From: an uncultured Planctomycetia bacterium
GTDB taxonomy: Bacteria > 4484-113 > JAGGVC01
Assembly: GCA_964388445.1 (NCBI GenBank)
Contig: CAYMAI010000004.1
Span: forward strand, 80,127-144,126
Direction of reading: 5' to 3'
DNA: 64,000 bases
Part shown: one piece after another, positions 1 to 9,891 of the stretch
Numbering within the stretch: position 1 is the stretch's first letter
Layout of the letters: every line of letters starts with the position of its first letter
Position numbers and translations under genes: made by a program
The notes under the pieces: generated by a model
Told to the model about the DNA's origin: nothing
Databases searched by the model: none
Seen by the model: the letters and a program-made list of their open reading frames with translations, nothing else

Positions 1-35
1 GCCGGACGAAGACTTGACCAAAGGAGATACCGAAG

Positions 36-323
36 ATGACTGACGAAACAGCAAGCATTGACGAAATGCCGCAGATTACGCCCCCCGAATTGTTCGAGGA
101 AAAGGTGAAACGCGTGCTCGCGAAAGTGCGCCCGTTCCTGAATATGGACGGCGGCGACATAGAGCTTTTGAAAATAGACGGCAGGAAGGCGTTCGTGCGG
201 CTGCATGGCGCGTGTCACGGCTGTCCCGGCGCGAGCATCACGCTGAAAATGGGCGTCGAGCAAGCGCTGAAAGACGAAATCCCCGACTTCGAAGAACTCG
301 TGGCGGTTGACGAGAGCTTTTAG
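36..323 (+). CDS. NifU-like Fe-S cluster assembly domain protein (Nfu-type)
   Basis: 95 aa with the conserved LxGACxGCPxxxxTLKxGVE motif typical of NifU C-terminal/Nfu scaffold proteins. Clean ATG start. Confidence 0.75.
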   Translation: MTDETASIDEMPQITPPELFEEKVKRVLAKVRPFLNMDGGDIELLKIDGRKAFVRLHGACHGCPGASITLKMGVEQALKDEIPDFEELVAVDESF

Positions 324-376
324 TCTGTTGCTGTATGCAAATCGAATCGGATGCAGGTTGCCGAAGAGATTCAATC

Positions 377-1945
377 TTATTTCCGCTTGTATCCCCGGCG
401 TTCAAGTTCCTGAATGACTTCGCCCATCGAATAGACGCTGCCGCACACCAGAAACGTTTTGTTCGCGCCTGTCGCGCGCTCCGCGGCGGTTATCGCCGCT
501 TTCACGCTTTTCGCGGCCGACGCCTGAATTCCGGACTCGCGAAGCGTATCGGCGATTTCTTCGGCGGGCATCGGTTTAAGCACGGGCACCGAAATGGCAT
601 GCGCGCCGGACGCTATTGGCGCAATTTCGGCGAACAGCTTCGCCGGGTCTTTGCCTTGCTGACAGCTGAAAACGACCGGCACGCGTATTCTGGCGTCGTC
701 GAAATGCACGGCCGGGCCGAGGTACATCACGATGCTTTTGCGCAGATTTTTCAGCCCGTCGGCGTTGTGCGCGGCGTCGAGGATTACCCGCATATTGCCT
801 TTCCACATCACTTCGAAACGGCCGCGATATTTCGTATTGAACAGGCCGGTGCGGAAGCGATGGACGCCGGGGTCGAAACCGAGCGCCTTGAGGGCGAGCA
901 GCGCAAAAAACGAGCAGTCGAGGTTGGGGCATTGGTAGGTTCCAAGCTGGTCCGTCGAAAAAACCCGCTCGTTTTCCATCACCGGACGGCCGTAGAGCGC
1001 GGCCAGGTCGTTCATTATGATCGCGACTTTCTGGCGGTCGAACGCGTAATCGTAGCGGACATGCGCGAAGCTGCGCCGGACACGAACGAGCGCGCTGGAT
1101 TTTTCCGCCGCCGCTTTTTCGATGACCGCATCGGCGGCGCGCGCGACCTCGCCCGCTTGCGAATCGCCGCTCGCTTTTACCGCGACGCCGCCCCAGACGG
1201 TAATTCCGCCGGCCGGAATAATTCCCGCCTTTTCGAACGCCTGCTTTTCCGCCGTTTCGCCCAGATATTGTTCGTGGTCGGCGCCTACGTTCGTGATTAT
1301 CGAAAGGAACGGCTTGCAAACGTTGACCGCGTCGAACCTGCCGCCGAGACCGACCTCGAAAATGCCGATATCCGCGCCGACCGAGCGAAAGTGCAAAGCG
1401 GCGATTAGAAAGGTCAATTCGAAAAACGTCAGCTTCGTTTCGGTTTTTTCGCAAGCCTCGAACGCGGCCGACGCGGCGGCGGCGAAATCGTCCTCGGACA
1501 CCGGTTCGCCGTTCACGCGAACGCGCTCGCAAATTGAAACGAGGTGCGGTTTGATAAAACTGCCTATCTTTAGCGGCTCCCCGCCCTTCGAGGCGAAAAG
1601 CGATTTTGCCGCTTCGATTTCCGGGCTGTTTGCGGCGCGGCAGATTTTTTCGATTTCTCGGTGTTCTTTCGTGGCGACGTCTTCGACGTGAACGTCGCGC
1701 TCCATGCTCCCGCCCGCGAAGTCCGCGCCTTCCGCGGGGGCGTCGGGCGAGCTTAAAATGCTGGTCAGAAACGCCGCCACGCTGCCTTTGCCGTTGCTTC
1801 CGCCGACGAGGATTACCGGATAGGCAAGGTGCGGGCCGCCAAGATGCGCGCAGACGCGCGTCAGCCTTTCGAGCGACAAGTCCCACTTGCCGGGGTCGAT
1901 TGCAAGGAGTCGCGCCTCCGCCTCGCCGAATGTCATTTTCGTCAT
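377..1945 (-). CDS. folC: bifunctional folylpolyglutamate synthase / dihydrofolate synthase
   Basis: Mur-ligase P-loop VGGSNGKGS plus family-typical central and C-terminal regions. Start moved to an internal ATG (MTKMTFGEA); the ORF track begins at 1963. Confidence 0.8.
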   Translation of the reverse strand: MTKMTFGEAEARLLAIDPGKWDLSLERLTRVCAHLGGPHLAYPVILVGGSNGKGSVAAFLTSILSSPDAPAEGADFAGGSMERDVHVEDVATKEHREIEKICRAANSPEIEAAKSLFASKGGEPLKIGSFIKPHLVSICERVRVNGEPVSEDDFAAAASAAFEACEKTETKLTFFELTFLIAALHFRSVGADIGIFEVGLGGRFDAVNVCKPFLSIITNVGADHEQYLGETAEKQAFEKAGIIPAGGITVWGGVAVKASGDSQAGEVARAADAVIEKAAAEKSSALVRVRRSFAHVRYDYAFDRQKVAIIMNDLAALYGRPVMENERVFSTDQLGTYQCPNLDCSFFALLALKALGFDPGVHRFRTGLFNTKYRGRFEVMWKGNMRVILDAAHNADGLKNLRKSIVMYLGPAVHFDDARIRVPVVFSCQQGKDPAKLFAEIAPIASGAHAISVPVLKPMPAEEIADTLRESGIQASAAKSVKAAITAAERATGANKTFLVCGSVYSMGEVIQELERRGYKRK

Positions 1946-2010
1946 GCGATAGTAATATATCACCGGAGCTCATTCGTCCGCCCCAAGGGGCTCCCGAATG
2001 AGAGATTGAT

Positions 2011-2643
2011 ATGAAATCGGCTTTTTCAACCGTAAGGCTGCATAGACTGGAATCGCCCGTCACCGTCCTCGGGCCGCATTCCCGCGCTTGTATTTGGGTG
2101 CAGGGCTGTCCCTTCAGGTGTCCCGGCTGCATTACCGAAGAATCGCTACCGTTCGAAGGCGGGTTTGAAATGTCCGTCCCTGAACTGGTTGAATGGATTA
2201 CGTCTCAAGGCGGAATCGAAGGGATTACGATTTCGGGCGGCGAGCCTTTTTCGCAGGCGGAAGCTTTGTCGGAAATTATAGATTCGGTTCGAGAAAGGCG
2301 GGATACCGGAGTGATGGTTTATACCGGTCACGTTTATGAAAAGCTGGTTAAAATTGCGGACGGCGGACAGCTGAAACTTCTCGAAAGAATCGACTTGTTG
2401 ATTGACGGGCCGTATGTTATGAAAAGGCATGCGGATTTGCTTTGGCGCGGCAGCGAAAACCAGAGGCTGATATTTCTGACGGACAGGTACAAGGCGGAAG
2501 TGGAAAGAATAATAGGCGAACGCGGGGACACCGGCGCCGGTTTAACCGCGAACGTAAACGAAAAGGGCCGAATAGAATTTACCGGCGTGCCGCATACTCC
2601 GGGCTTCAGAATCGCCATCGAAAAGGGACTCAAGGGCGAATGA
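2011..2643 (+). CDS. radical SAM glycyl-radical/anaerobic RNR activating protein-like (NrdG/PflA family)
   Basis: N-terminal VLGPHSRACIWVQGCPFRCPGC (CX3CX2C cluster with preceding GP). ISGGEP motif. About 210 aa. Confidence 0.55.
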   Translation: MKSAFSTVRLHRLESPVTVLGPHSRACIWVQGCPFRCPGCITEESLPFEGGFEMSVPELVEWITSQGGIEGITISGGEPFSQAEALSEIIDSVRERRDTGVMVYTGHVYEKLVKIADGGQLKLLERIDLLIDGPYVMKRHADLLWRGSENQRLIFLTDRYKAEVERIIGERGDTGAGLTANVNEKGRIEFTGVPHTPGFRIAIEKGLKGE

Positions 2644-2659
2644 ATTCCGCCCGGTAATG

Positions 2660-3880
2660 CTAATTCGATTCGTAGCTGATTCTGTAAATCGCTCCCGCGT
2701 GGTCGTCCGAAACGAGCATGCTGCCGTCCGGCATTAGTTCGACGTCGACCGGCCTGCCCCATCTTTGGCCGTGCGCATCCTGCCAGCCTTCGGCGAAAAC
2801 GTGATAGCTTTTCGCTTCGCCGTCATCGCCGAGTTTGACGAGCGTTACGCGAGCGCCGAGCGGGACCGTGCGATTCCAGCTTCCGTGCTCAGCGATGAAA
2901 ATCTGATTGCGATATTCCGCGGGAAACATGTTTCCGGTGTAAAACCGCATTCCGAGCGACGCCACATGCGGGCCGAGTTCCATCGCGGCGGGCGTGTATG
3001 GGCCTGCCGGCGCGGAGTTCCCGAATTCGGGATCGGGGATGCCTTTGCCGTGAAAATACGGAAATCCGAAATGCATTCCAAGCCGGGGAGCGTGATTGAG
3101 TTCGTCCGGCGGAACATCGTCGCCCATCATGTCCCGGCCGTTATCCGTGAACCAAAGCTCTTTCGTGACGGGATGCCAGTCGAAACCGACCGTGTTTCTA
3201 ACTCCGCGCGCGACGATTTCGAAGCCGCTGCCGTCATGGTTGATGCGCGTGATGCCGGCGTACGGGTCTGGGCGTTCGCAGACGTTGCAGGGCGCGCCGA
3301 CGGGGACGTAGAGCTTGCCGTCCGGCCCGAACCGGATGAACTTCCAACCGTGATGGGTGTCGCCGGGATACGCGTCCGTCACGACTTCGTATGCGGGCGG
3401 ATTCGCAAGCCGGTTTTTGATGTCGCGAAATACGATGACGCGGTTTACTTCGGCGACGTATAAATCGCCGTCGCGAAAGGCAACGCCGTTAGGCATGAAG
3501 AGGTTTTCCGCGATGACAAAAACTTCGTCGGCGCGAAAATCGCCGTCCGTGTCCTTGAGCGCATATACGTTTCCGTTGTTCCGGCGGTTGCCGACGAAAA
3601 GCGTGCCGGAAGGCGACAGGCAAAGCGAACGTGCGTTGGTTATGCCATAGGCGAAAACGTCTATTTTAAAGCCGGCGGGCATTTTGATTTTCTCGACCGG
3701 CAGCTTGTGTTTTTCCCGCCACTCGGCGCCTGTAATTGAAGGCGGATTTGCGGCAGGCGCGGGAGGGTTTTCGATTTCCGCGGCGCCGCCGGAAGTATTC
3801 GAGCCTCCGCCTGCATCCAAACATGCGGCGAAAACGAAAACAGCGAAGGTCAAAACGAATAAGGAAATTCTATTGCCCAT
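2660..3880 (-). CDS. PQQ-dependent soluble sugar (aldose/sorbosone) dehydrogenase family lipoprotein
   Basis: Signal peptide with lipobox (FAAC). Beta-propeller sugar dehydrogenase motifs (PNGVAF, HHGW, FGPDGKLYV, HGSWNR). Start set at the internal ATG with AGGGGGGA RBS. Confidence 0.7.
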   Translation of the reverse strand: MGNRISLFVLTFAVFVFAACLDAGGGSNTSGGAAEIENPPAPAANPPSITGAEWREKHKLPVEKIKMPAGFKIDVFAYGITNARSLCLSPSGTLFVGNRRNNGNVYALKDTDGDFRADEVFVIAENLFMPNGVAFRDGDLYVAEVNRVIVFRDIKNRLANPPAYEVVTDAYPGDTHHGWKFIRFGPDGKLYVPVGAPCNVCERPDPYAGITRINHDGSGFEIVARGVRNTVGFDWHPVTKELWFTDNGRDMMGDDVPPDELNHAPRLGMHFGFPYFHGKGIPDPEFGNSAPAGPYTPAAMELGPHVASLGMRFYTGNMFPAEYRNQIFIAEHGSWNRTVPLGARVTLVKLGDDGEAKSYHVFAEGWQDAHGQRWGRPVDVELMPDGSMLVSDDHAGAIYRISYESN

Positions 3881-3952
3881 AGTCTTAAGTATCCCCCCTG
3901 GAAAAGATTTGTTCATATTGCTATCAAATTGCCGCCGAAATCGGTGAATCCG

Positions 3953-5005
3953 TCATAGCCCGATATCGGAAGCGCACCAGGCGGCGAGCAATTCGACGAG
4001 ATTTTCGAGGTCGCCGAAATGAATCCGCTCGGCCGCGGTGTGGCTGAATTCGACCGGCACGCCGAACCCGAATACGCGTGCGCCGCCCGCCTCGAACATC
4101 GACGCGTCGTTGCCGCCGGGCATATATCCGTATTGCAGCGAGACGCCGAGCGCGGCGGCTTTATCGAGAATCGCTTCGCGTACGGAATCAGGAACAATTG
4201 TCGTGGAATCGAGTGCGCGCAGCACCGCGCCGCCGCCCGGTTTTACCGCATCGAACTGGCGGTTGTCGCGCGGCCCTGTGCCGACCGTGAAGCTGTCTAT
4301 CGCAATCGCTTCCTCCGGCGAATACTTTGACGCAAGCGCGCGTGCGCCGCGCAGCCCGACTTCTTCCTGCACGGCCCACGCGAGAACCGTGGAAACTGGC
4401 GGCGGTTTTTCGGCAAGGCGCGCCGCGAGCATTACGAGGGCGGCGCATCCGAACCGGTCGTCCAAGCTTCGCGCCTCGACGAAACCGCCGGCGAGACGGC
4501 GAAAGCGCTTGGGAAAAGTAACGGAGTCGAGTAAGCGCACGCCGAGCGCGGTAACCTCTTCAAGCGACTTCGCCCCCATATCGAGCATCAGGTCTTCCAC
4601 CGAGATTCGCTTGTCTTTGAAAACGCCTGTGCGAAAAGTCACGTGGTGGCTGACGGGCGAAAAGACGGCGGGAATTGCGCCGGATTTCGAGTGAATTTCA
4701 ACCTGCGCTCCTTCGTAAAGCTGCGGGTCTATTCCGCCCGTCGCGATTACGCGGCAGACGCCGTCCGCACCGATCGAAGTAATTCGAAAGCCGATTTCGT
4801 CCATGTGCGCCACGAGAACGCGCCGGGGGGATTCGCCGCCGCCGAAGCGCACGAAACGGTTTCCGAGGCGGTCTTTTTCGATGCGCGAAACATCCAGGCC
4901 GGCCGTTTCGAGCAACGCTTCGATTTCACGCGCGACCGCGTCTTCCGCGCCCGAAACGCCGGGCGCGAAAACGAGCCTTGAAAGAACGTCAAATAGCGAT
5001 TCCAT
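3953..5005 (-). CDS. M42 family metallopeptidase (glutamyl aminopeptidase / FrvX-like)
   Basis: Motifs HMDEIGF, SLDDRxGC and AWAVQEEVGLRGA are typical of M42 peptidases. Start set at the internal ATG (MESLFDVL). Confidence 0.7.
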   Translation of the reverse strand: MESLFDVLSRLVFAPGVSGAEDAVAREIEALLETAGLDVSRIEKDRLGNRFVRFGGGESPRRVLVAHMDEIGFRITSIGADGVCRVIATGGIDPQLYEGAQVEIHSKSGAIPAVFSPVSHHVTFRTGVFKDKRISVEDLMLDMGAKSLEEVTALGVRLLDSVTFPKRFRRLAGGFVEARSLDDRFGCAALVMLAARLAEKPPPVSTVLAWAVQEEVGLRGARALASKYSPEEAIAIDSFTVGTGPRDNRQFDAVKPGGGAVLRALDSTTIVPDSVREAILDKAAALGVSLQYGYMPGGNDASMFEAGGARVFGFGVPVEFSHTAAERIHFGDLENLVELLAAWCASDIGL

Positions 5006-5169
5006 GAGGGTAGTATATAACGGCAGTCCGCGATTTTCGATGCGGGAAAACGGAATTGCGGCAGCGCGCGGGAAATTGCCAAATTTTGTATAGCTGTTGA
5101 GGCTTGACAAATTTTATGTTAGAATAGTGGTGCCGCTATGGCGAAATTTCAGTTTTCGGAGGGATTTTA

Positions 5170-5480
5170 TGCCTTTTCACACATTGACGCAGGGTGAGAT
5201 GGACGCTCTCGGAGATTACGTGTTCTCCAAGAACAACGTTTCGGGGAGCCAAACCATCGAAAGCACCGGCCACACTCCTGCCGAGTGGGTGCAGGAGTTT
5301 AACGACGCGCTTCAATGCAAATTGATGTCGGGATTCGGGATTCCATACGCGAATCGCCCGGTCAGTCCGCCGTACCCGCCGAAGAACATGAATGGGGAAT
5401 TACACCCTCCCGAAGAACCACCAACAGTCAAGTTGGAAAGGGTCCCCGAAAGGTTTGTTGGGATGGACATTGAGGTCTAG
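5170..5480 (+). CDS. hypothetical protein (AT-rich islet)
   Basis: ORF in a lower-GC segment. TTGACA...TAGAAT promoter-like hexamers lie upstream at 5103-5127. No recognizable domain. Confidence 0.35.
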
Positions 5481-5481
5481 T

Positions 5482-6069
5482 ATGCAATACTTCCCTTCGC
5501 TTCCTAAAGCCGACTTTACCAAATGGCGCAACCTAAAAACTGTCTCCCATTTTCAGGGGATGAAAGCTATTCACAATCAGGACGCGCCTCATCTCAGAAG
5601 GACTATTTCTTCTTGGGACGCGGAAGTCAAAATTCCAGAGCAGAAAATTTACTCATTGTATTTTAGAGCTTTTTTGTTCATGATTTGGCGCTCCGATCCC
5701 GCTTGGTATGGATTTTTGGAAAAAGCGGACGAGGTGATCGGCGAGGGAGGATTTGAGCGGTTTAAAATCGACAAGCTACGCACGGTTTTCGCAACCGCTA
5801 TGTGGGCATCTGCTCTGAGGGGATCTTCAGAAAAAACCGAAATCTATGCCGATTTGGCTAAGCAGTTTGGCGAGCCTGAAGAAACCATTTTGTGCGCCCG
5901 AGCACTGGCGGAAAGAAATTTGGCAAAGGCCTGCGATTTGTCTGAAGCAGCAATACAGGCTGTGAAATCCGTTGACCCCAACGGTTTCTACCACCATTTT
6001 CTTCGCAGCGTTTTCAGCGAGGAGCATCTTGCGATGCTCGACGTAGTTCCGGAGGAGGCGCTTGCTTAG
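5482..6069 (+). CDS. hypothetical protein (AT-rich islet), coupled to the upstream ORF
   Basis: ATG lies 1 nt after the upstream TAG stop. 195 aa with no recognized motifs. Lower GC than its flanks. Confidence 0.4.
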   Translation: MQYFPSLPKADFTKWRNLKTVSHFQGMKAIHNQDAPHLRRTISSWDAEVKIPEQKIYSLYFRAFLFMIWRSDPAWYGFLEKADEVIGEGGFERFKIDKLRTVFATAMWASALRGSSEKTEIYADLAKQFGEPEETILCARALAERNLAKACDLSEAAIQAVKSVDPNGFYHHFLRSVFSEEHLAMLDVVPEEALA

Positions 6070-6072
6070 CGC

Positions 6073-7158
6073 TTACAGCTTCGCCAAAAGCGCGGCAAGA
6101 ATATAGTCCTCGCTTACGTTTTGTTCGAGCCAAAGGCCGGCGCGATCCAGCGCTTGCGGCAGTTTGTCAAGCCGCTCGCAAGGGTCGCCGCCGGCCTTTT
6201 TTTCCTCGAGCGAACGTTTAATCAGTCCCTCGCGAAGCCAATCGAAAGCCGTTATCTGGGCCATTCGCTTCAGTTCGTTCGACCGCGTCGTGCCGACGCT
6301 CCATCGGTCGAGCGATTTTTTGTCCTTCACGTCGAGCACTTCTTTATCCGGCAGCGTCCAGGTGATGACTTCCGACTCGCGCCGAATCATGGCATCCGAA
6401 AGCTCATCGGCGGCGGCCATCAGCGACCCCATCAGTCCGTACTTGTTTCCGCCTCCCTTTAGAACCGATGCGAAATCGCGCATCAGCTTTTCCGCGCCGT
6501 CAAACAGCGGTTTTTCGCGCATCAGCGTTTCCGCGAGCACCCATTTGCCCTGCGAAAGCGATGCCGCGCGCCGGGCGGCCACTTCGTCGTATCCGCGAGA
6601 GGCAAGCTCCGAGGCGATGAAATCGACCGACTCGCCGGTGAAACGAATTTCTTCGCACCGGCTGCGGATGGTGGGAAGCACTTCGTAGGGCCTGTCGGTG
6701 ACGAGAATGAAAACCGTTTTGTCGGGCGCTTCTTCGAAAAGCTTGAGCATCATGTTGCCGGTTTGGTCGTTCAGAGCGTGCGCGCTGTCGATGAAAACGA
6801 TTCTGCGTGCGGAATGGGAAGGCAGCCGCAGCGCGCCGGAAAAATCGCCGTACTCGTCCTCTACGATTTGGACGGTTATTTGTTTCGTGCGCGGGAGCAC
6901 GAAAGTGAAATCGCCGTACGGACCCGACATCAGGGCGCGGCATGCGAAGCATTCGCCGCAGGCAAAAATGCCGTCCGCGGGCTCGCCGGTGCATAAAAGC
7001 GTGCGCGCGTAAATAAGAGCGAGCGTTGTTTTGCCCGTCATCGGCGGGCCGCTGAACAGAATCGAGGTAGGCGAATGACCCTTGCGCCTGAAGCCGGAGA
7101 GCCGGGCAATCGCCCTTTTCTGGCCTACGAATCTGCCTGGATTGAAATCGAATGTCAC
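6073..7158 (-). CDS. holB: DNA polymerase III subunit delta prime
   Basis: AAA+ clamp-loader motifs: Walker A GPPMTGKTT, zinc module CGECFACR, SRC motif TIRSRCEEIRF. Start uncertain; GTG at 7158 (VTFDF...) chosen, and the ORF track extends to 7284. Confidence 0.65.
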   Translation of the reverse strand: MTFDFNPGRFVGQKRAIARLSGFRRKGHSPTSILFSGPPMTGKTTLALIYARTLLCTGEPADGIFACGECFACRALMSGPYGDFTFVLPRTKQITVQIVEDEYGDFSGALRLPSHSARRIVFIDSAHALNDQTGNMMLKLFEEAPDKTVFILVTDRPYEVLPTIRSRCEEIRFTGESVDFIASELASRGYDEVAARRAASLSQGKWVLAETLMREKPLFDGAEKLMRDFASVLKGGGNKYGLMGSLMAAADELSDAMIRRESEVITWTLPDKEVLDVKDKKSLDRWSVGTTRSNELKRMAQITAFDWLREGLIKRSLEEKKAGGDPCERLDKLPQALDRAGLWLEQNVSEDYILAALLAKL

Positions 7159-7331
7159 GGCAAAAGTATAGCAAAGGAAATTTTTCGCCAATTCGCGCGA
7201 ACTTATATGCGAGTGGTATAATGAGTTGACCGGGAATTGCCATAAAGTGGCCGGTTCAATCGTTGAACGCGGCGGTTCGGACATATATTCGTGATTGCGT
7301 CATTGGGTTGTTGTGTCAGCGCATCGGCAGG

Positions 7332-8567
7332 ATGTGGAAGATGGTAATGGCTGTCTTCGGAAACGGCGGCGGAGGCGGGGAAAGCCTCGAATGGACCGAT
7401 ATTGAGGTTTCGCTCCTTACCGTGGGGCAAATACTCGCGTCCGATATTTATTCCGGCGAGCAGCGGCTGCTCGCGAAAGGCTCGATCGTCACCGAGGGCT
7501 TTATCGCCGCGCTGGGAAAACGCGGCATAACGAAGGTGCGGGTTTCCGTCGAAGCCGCCGCGGACATCGAAAAAAACGCCGTGCCGAAAGAGGAACATCC
7601 GTCGAAGCCGGCGCGGGACGAAGAAATCGCGAGCAAACTGCATAAGGACGAGCGCAAACTTTGGCAGGAGTCCGGCATCGAAACCGCGGTGGAAGAAGAA
7701 CTGCTGGTCGAAACTTCCGCGTGCGTCGAGGAAGTGTTCAGCAGGCTGCGGGAAGGCGCGCCGGCCGCGGAGGAAATGGAGGAGGTCAAAAAGCTCGCCC
7801 GCCAGATTATCGAACAAACTTTGGCGAAACCTTTCGCCGCGATTAAGCTTTTGGACGTGGCGCATTACGACCAGTACACGTTCCGCCATTCGGTCAACAC
7901 CGGTCTTTTGTTTTTGACGCTCGCGAAGGGTCAAATTCCCGACGAAAAAGTCGAAGGCGCGACGGTCGGCGTTTTGCTGCACGACGTGGGGAAAACGAAA
8001 CTGCCGCTCGAAATCATTACGAAACAAGGAAAACTTACTGACGAGGAATATGACCTTATAAAAACCCATCCGGTTCTCGGCGAAGAGATATTGCGGGAGC
8101 ATGGCGGATTTACGGACGAGGCGCTGGATATTACGCGGCATCATCATGAAAGATGGGACGGCAGCGGCTATCCCGACGGGCTTGCGGGCGAAGAAATTTC
8201 GCCGGAATCGCAGCTTACAGCGGTAGCCGACGTGTACGACGCGCTGACGACCACGCGGAGCTATAAGGAAAAAATGGATTTCCACAGCGCAATTAACATA
8301 ATCGTGCAAAGCAGCGGCAAGCACTTTTCGGAACGCGGAGTGAGAAGGCTGTTTTCGTCGCTGGGACTATATCCTATCGGCACGTTCGTAAGGCTGACCA
8401 CCGGTGAAATCGGCGTAGTGCGCAAGGTCAATCCGGCTGCGGTAGTGCGTCCCGAAGTGTCGGTTTTGTTCGACCAGAATTTCAAACGGCTCGAAGTTCC
8501 GAGAATACTCGACCTGTCGAAAACGCCGGACGTTGCGGTTGAAAAACCGCTAAAAATGAAGTATTGA
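7332..8567 (+). CDS. HD-GYP domain c-di-GMP phosphodiesterase
   Basis: Motifs LLHDVGK, HHERWDGSGYPDGL and YDALTTTRSYK define an HD-GYP domain. Start among clustered ATGs at 7332/7341. Confidence 0.75.
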   Translation: MWKMVMAVFGNGGGGGESLEWTDIEVSLLTVGQILASDIYSGEQRLLAKGSIVTEGFIAALGKRGITKVRVSVEAAADIEKNAVPKEEHPSKPARDEEIASKLHKDERKLWQESGIETAVEEELLVETSACVEEVFSRLREGAPAAEEMEEVKKLARQIIEQTLAKPFAAIKLLDVAHYDQYTFRHSVNTGLLFLTLAKGQIPDEKVEGATVGVLLHDVGKTKLPLEIITKQGKLTDEEYDLIKTHPVLGEEILREHGGFTDEALDITRHHHERWDGSGYPDGLAGEEISPESQLTAVADVYDALTTTRSYKEKMDFHSAINIIVQSSGKHFSERGVRRLFSSLGLYPIGTFVRLTTGEIGVVRKVNPAAVVRPEVSVLFDQNFKRLEVPRILDLSKTPDVAVEKPLKMKY

Positions 8568-8693
8568 CATTTTTTTAAATAAGCGCGCCTGAAAAGGAGT
8601 ATTATACTGTCGGCTCGCCTCGCGCGAATTCCGGGAATCGCTCCGGAAGCCGCGGCCGCGCCGTCTTGATTTAAATTCGAATACGGATATAGG

Positions 8694-9890
8694 TTGGAAG
8701 CCAACTACGTTTCAGTGGACGTCGCCGTTTTGCCGCCCGGGCAAACGCTGGCGTCGGATATTTACGACGGGGAAAACCTGCTGCTCCGGCAAGGGTATGA
8801 AATCTCCGAGGCGTTCATCGCGACGCTAAAAGAGCGCGGCATTTCGCGCGTCAACGTATCGCGAGCGGTGGCGGACGAGCTTATCGAGGAATCCGTACTG
8901 GGATATTCGCCCGGCGCCGGCGCCGTGGACATAGACCTTTCGCTGGAAGAAATTCGGGAAGCCGAAACCGGCATTTTCGAGAAAGCGAACATCGAAAGCG
9001 CGGTAGAGCCGAAAATCTTGAGCGAAGTCACGGAATGCGTGACGGACGTCTTCACGCGCATCGCCGAAGGCGGCAAGCTCGATATCACGGACCTTAAGCG
9101 GCCGCTTACCGAAATGATTCAACAGGCGATAAAGAGGCCGAACGCGGCGGTGAAGCTGTTGGACGTGGCGCATTACGACGAATATACATTCAGACATTCA
9201 GTGAACGTCGCGCTGCTATTTCTCGCGCTCGCGCGCGACGTCTATCCGATGCACAGGCTTATGAACCTTGTTATCGGCGCGGTGCTGCACGATATCGGCA
9301 AGACGCGGATTCCGATGAGCATTTTGAACAAACCGGGCAAGCTTACGACCGCGGAATTCGAACTCGTAAAATCGCACGCGAGCATGGGCGCCGAGATATT
9401 GAAACAGCACGGCGGATTCGTGAAAGAAGTAATCGAAATCGCCCACTTTCACCACGAAAGATGGGACGGCACGGGGTATCCGAAAGGTCTTAAAGGCGAG
9501 CAGATTGAAAAGCACGTGCAAATCGCGGCGGTATGCGACGTGTACGACGCGCTGACCACGAGCCGCAGCTATAAAACGAAAATGGACTTTTATTCGGCGA
9601 TGAACATTATCGCAAGCAATTCCGGCACGCATTTTTCGCGCGAAGCCGTGGCGCTGATGGTTCGCAAAATCGGGCTTTATCCGGTCGGAAGTTTCGTTCT
9701 TTTGTCGAACGACCAAATAGCGGTCGTCAAGCAAACCGACGAAATAAAAATCATCCGCCCGATAGTTTGCACGCTTTTCGAAGCGGACGGAAAGCCGGTA
9801 TCGCCGCCTCGCGAAATCGACCTCGGACGCGTGGACGACGTCGCGATTGTGCGCGGACTGCCGGTGCAGGAAGTGGTGGCGAGAAGATAG
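8694..9890 (+). CDS. HD-GYP domain c-di-GMP phosphodiesterase (tandem paralog)
   Basis: Motifs HHERWDGTGYPKGL, VLHDIGKTRIP and YDALTTSRSYK. Collinear with the upstream paralog. TTG start in the ORF track. Confidence 0.75.
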   Translation: MEANYVSVDVAVLPPGQTLASDIYDGENLLLRQGYEISEAFIATLKERGISRVNVSRAVADELIEESVLGYSPGAGAVDIDLSLEEIREAETGIFEKANIESAVEPKILSEVTECVTDVFTRIAEGGKLDITDLKRPLTEMIQQAIKRPNAAVKLLDVAHYDEYTFRHSVNVALLFLALARDVYPMHRLMNLVIGAVLHDIGKTRIPMSILNKPGKLTTAEFELVKSHASMGAEILKQHGGFVKEVIEIAHFHHERWDGTGYPKGLKGEQIEKHVQIAAVCDVYDALTTSRSYKTKMDFYSAMNIIASNSGTHFSREAVALMVRKIGLYPVGSFVLLSNDQIAVVKQTDEIKIIRPIVCTLFEADGKPVSPPREIDLGRVDDVAIVRGLPVQEVVARR

Positions 9891-9891
9891 C

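Noticed and set aside
335-2132. Long ORFs in the ORF track (335..1408 +, 576..2132 -) overlapping folC
   Set aside because: Antisense or out-of-frame to a gene with clear FolC motifs. Arg/Ala/Gly-rich translations are typical of high-GC artefacts.
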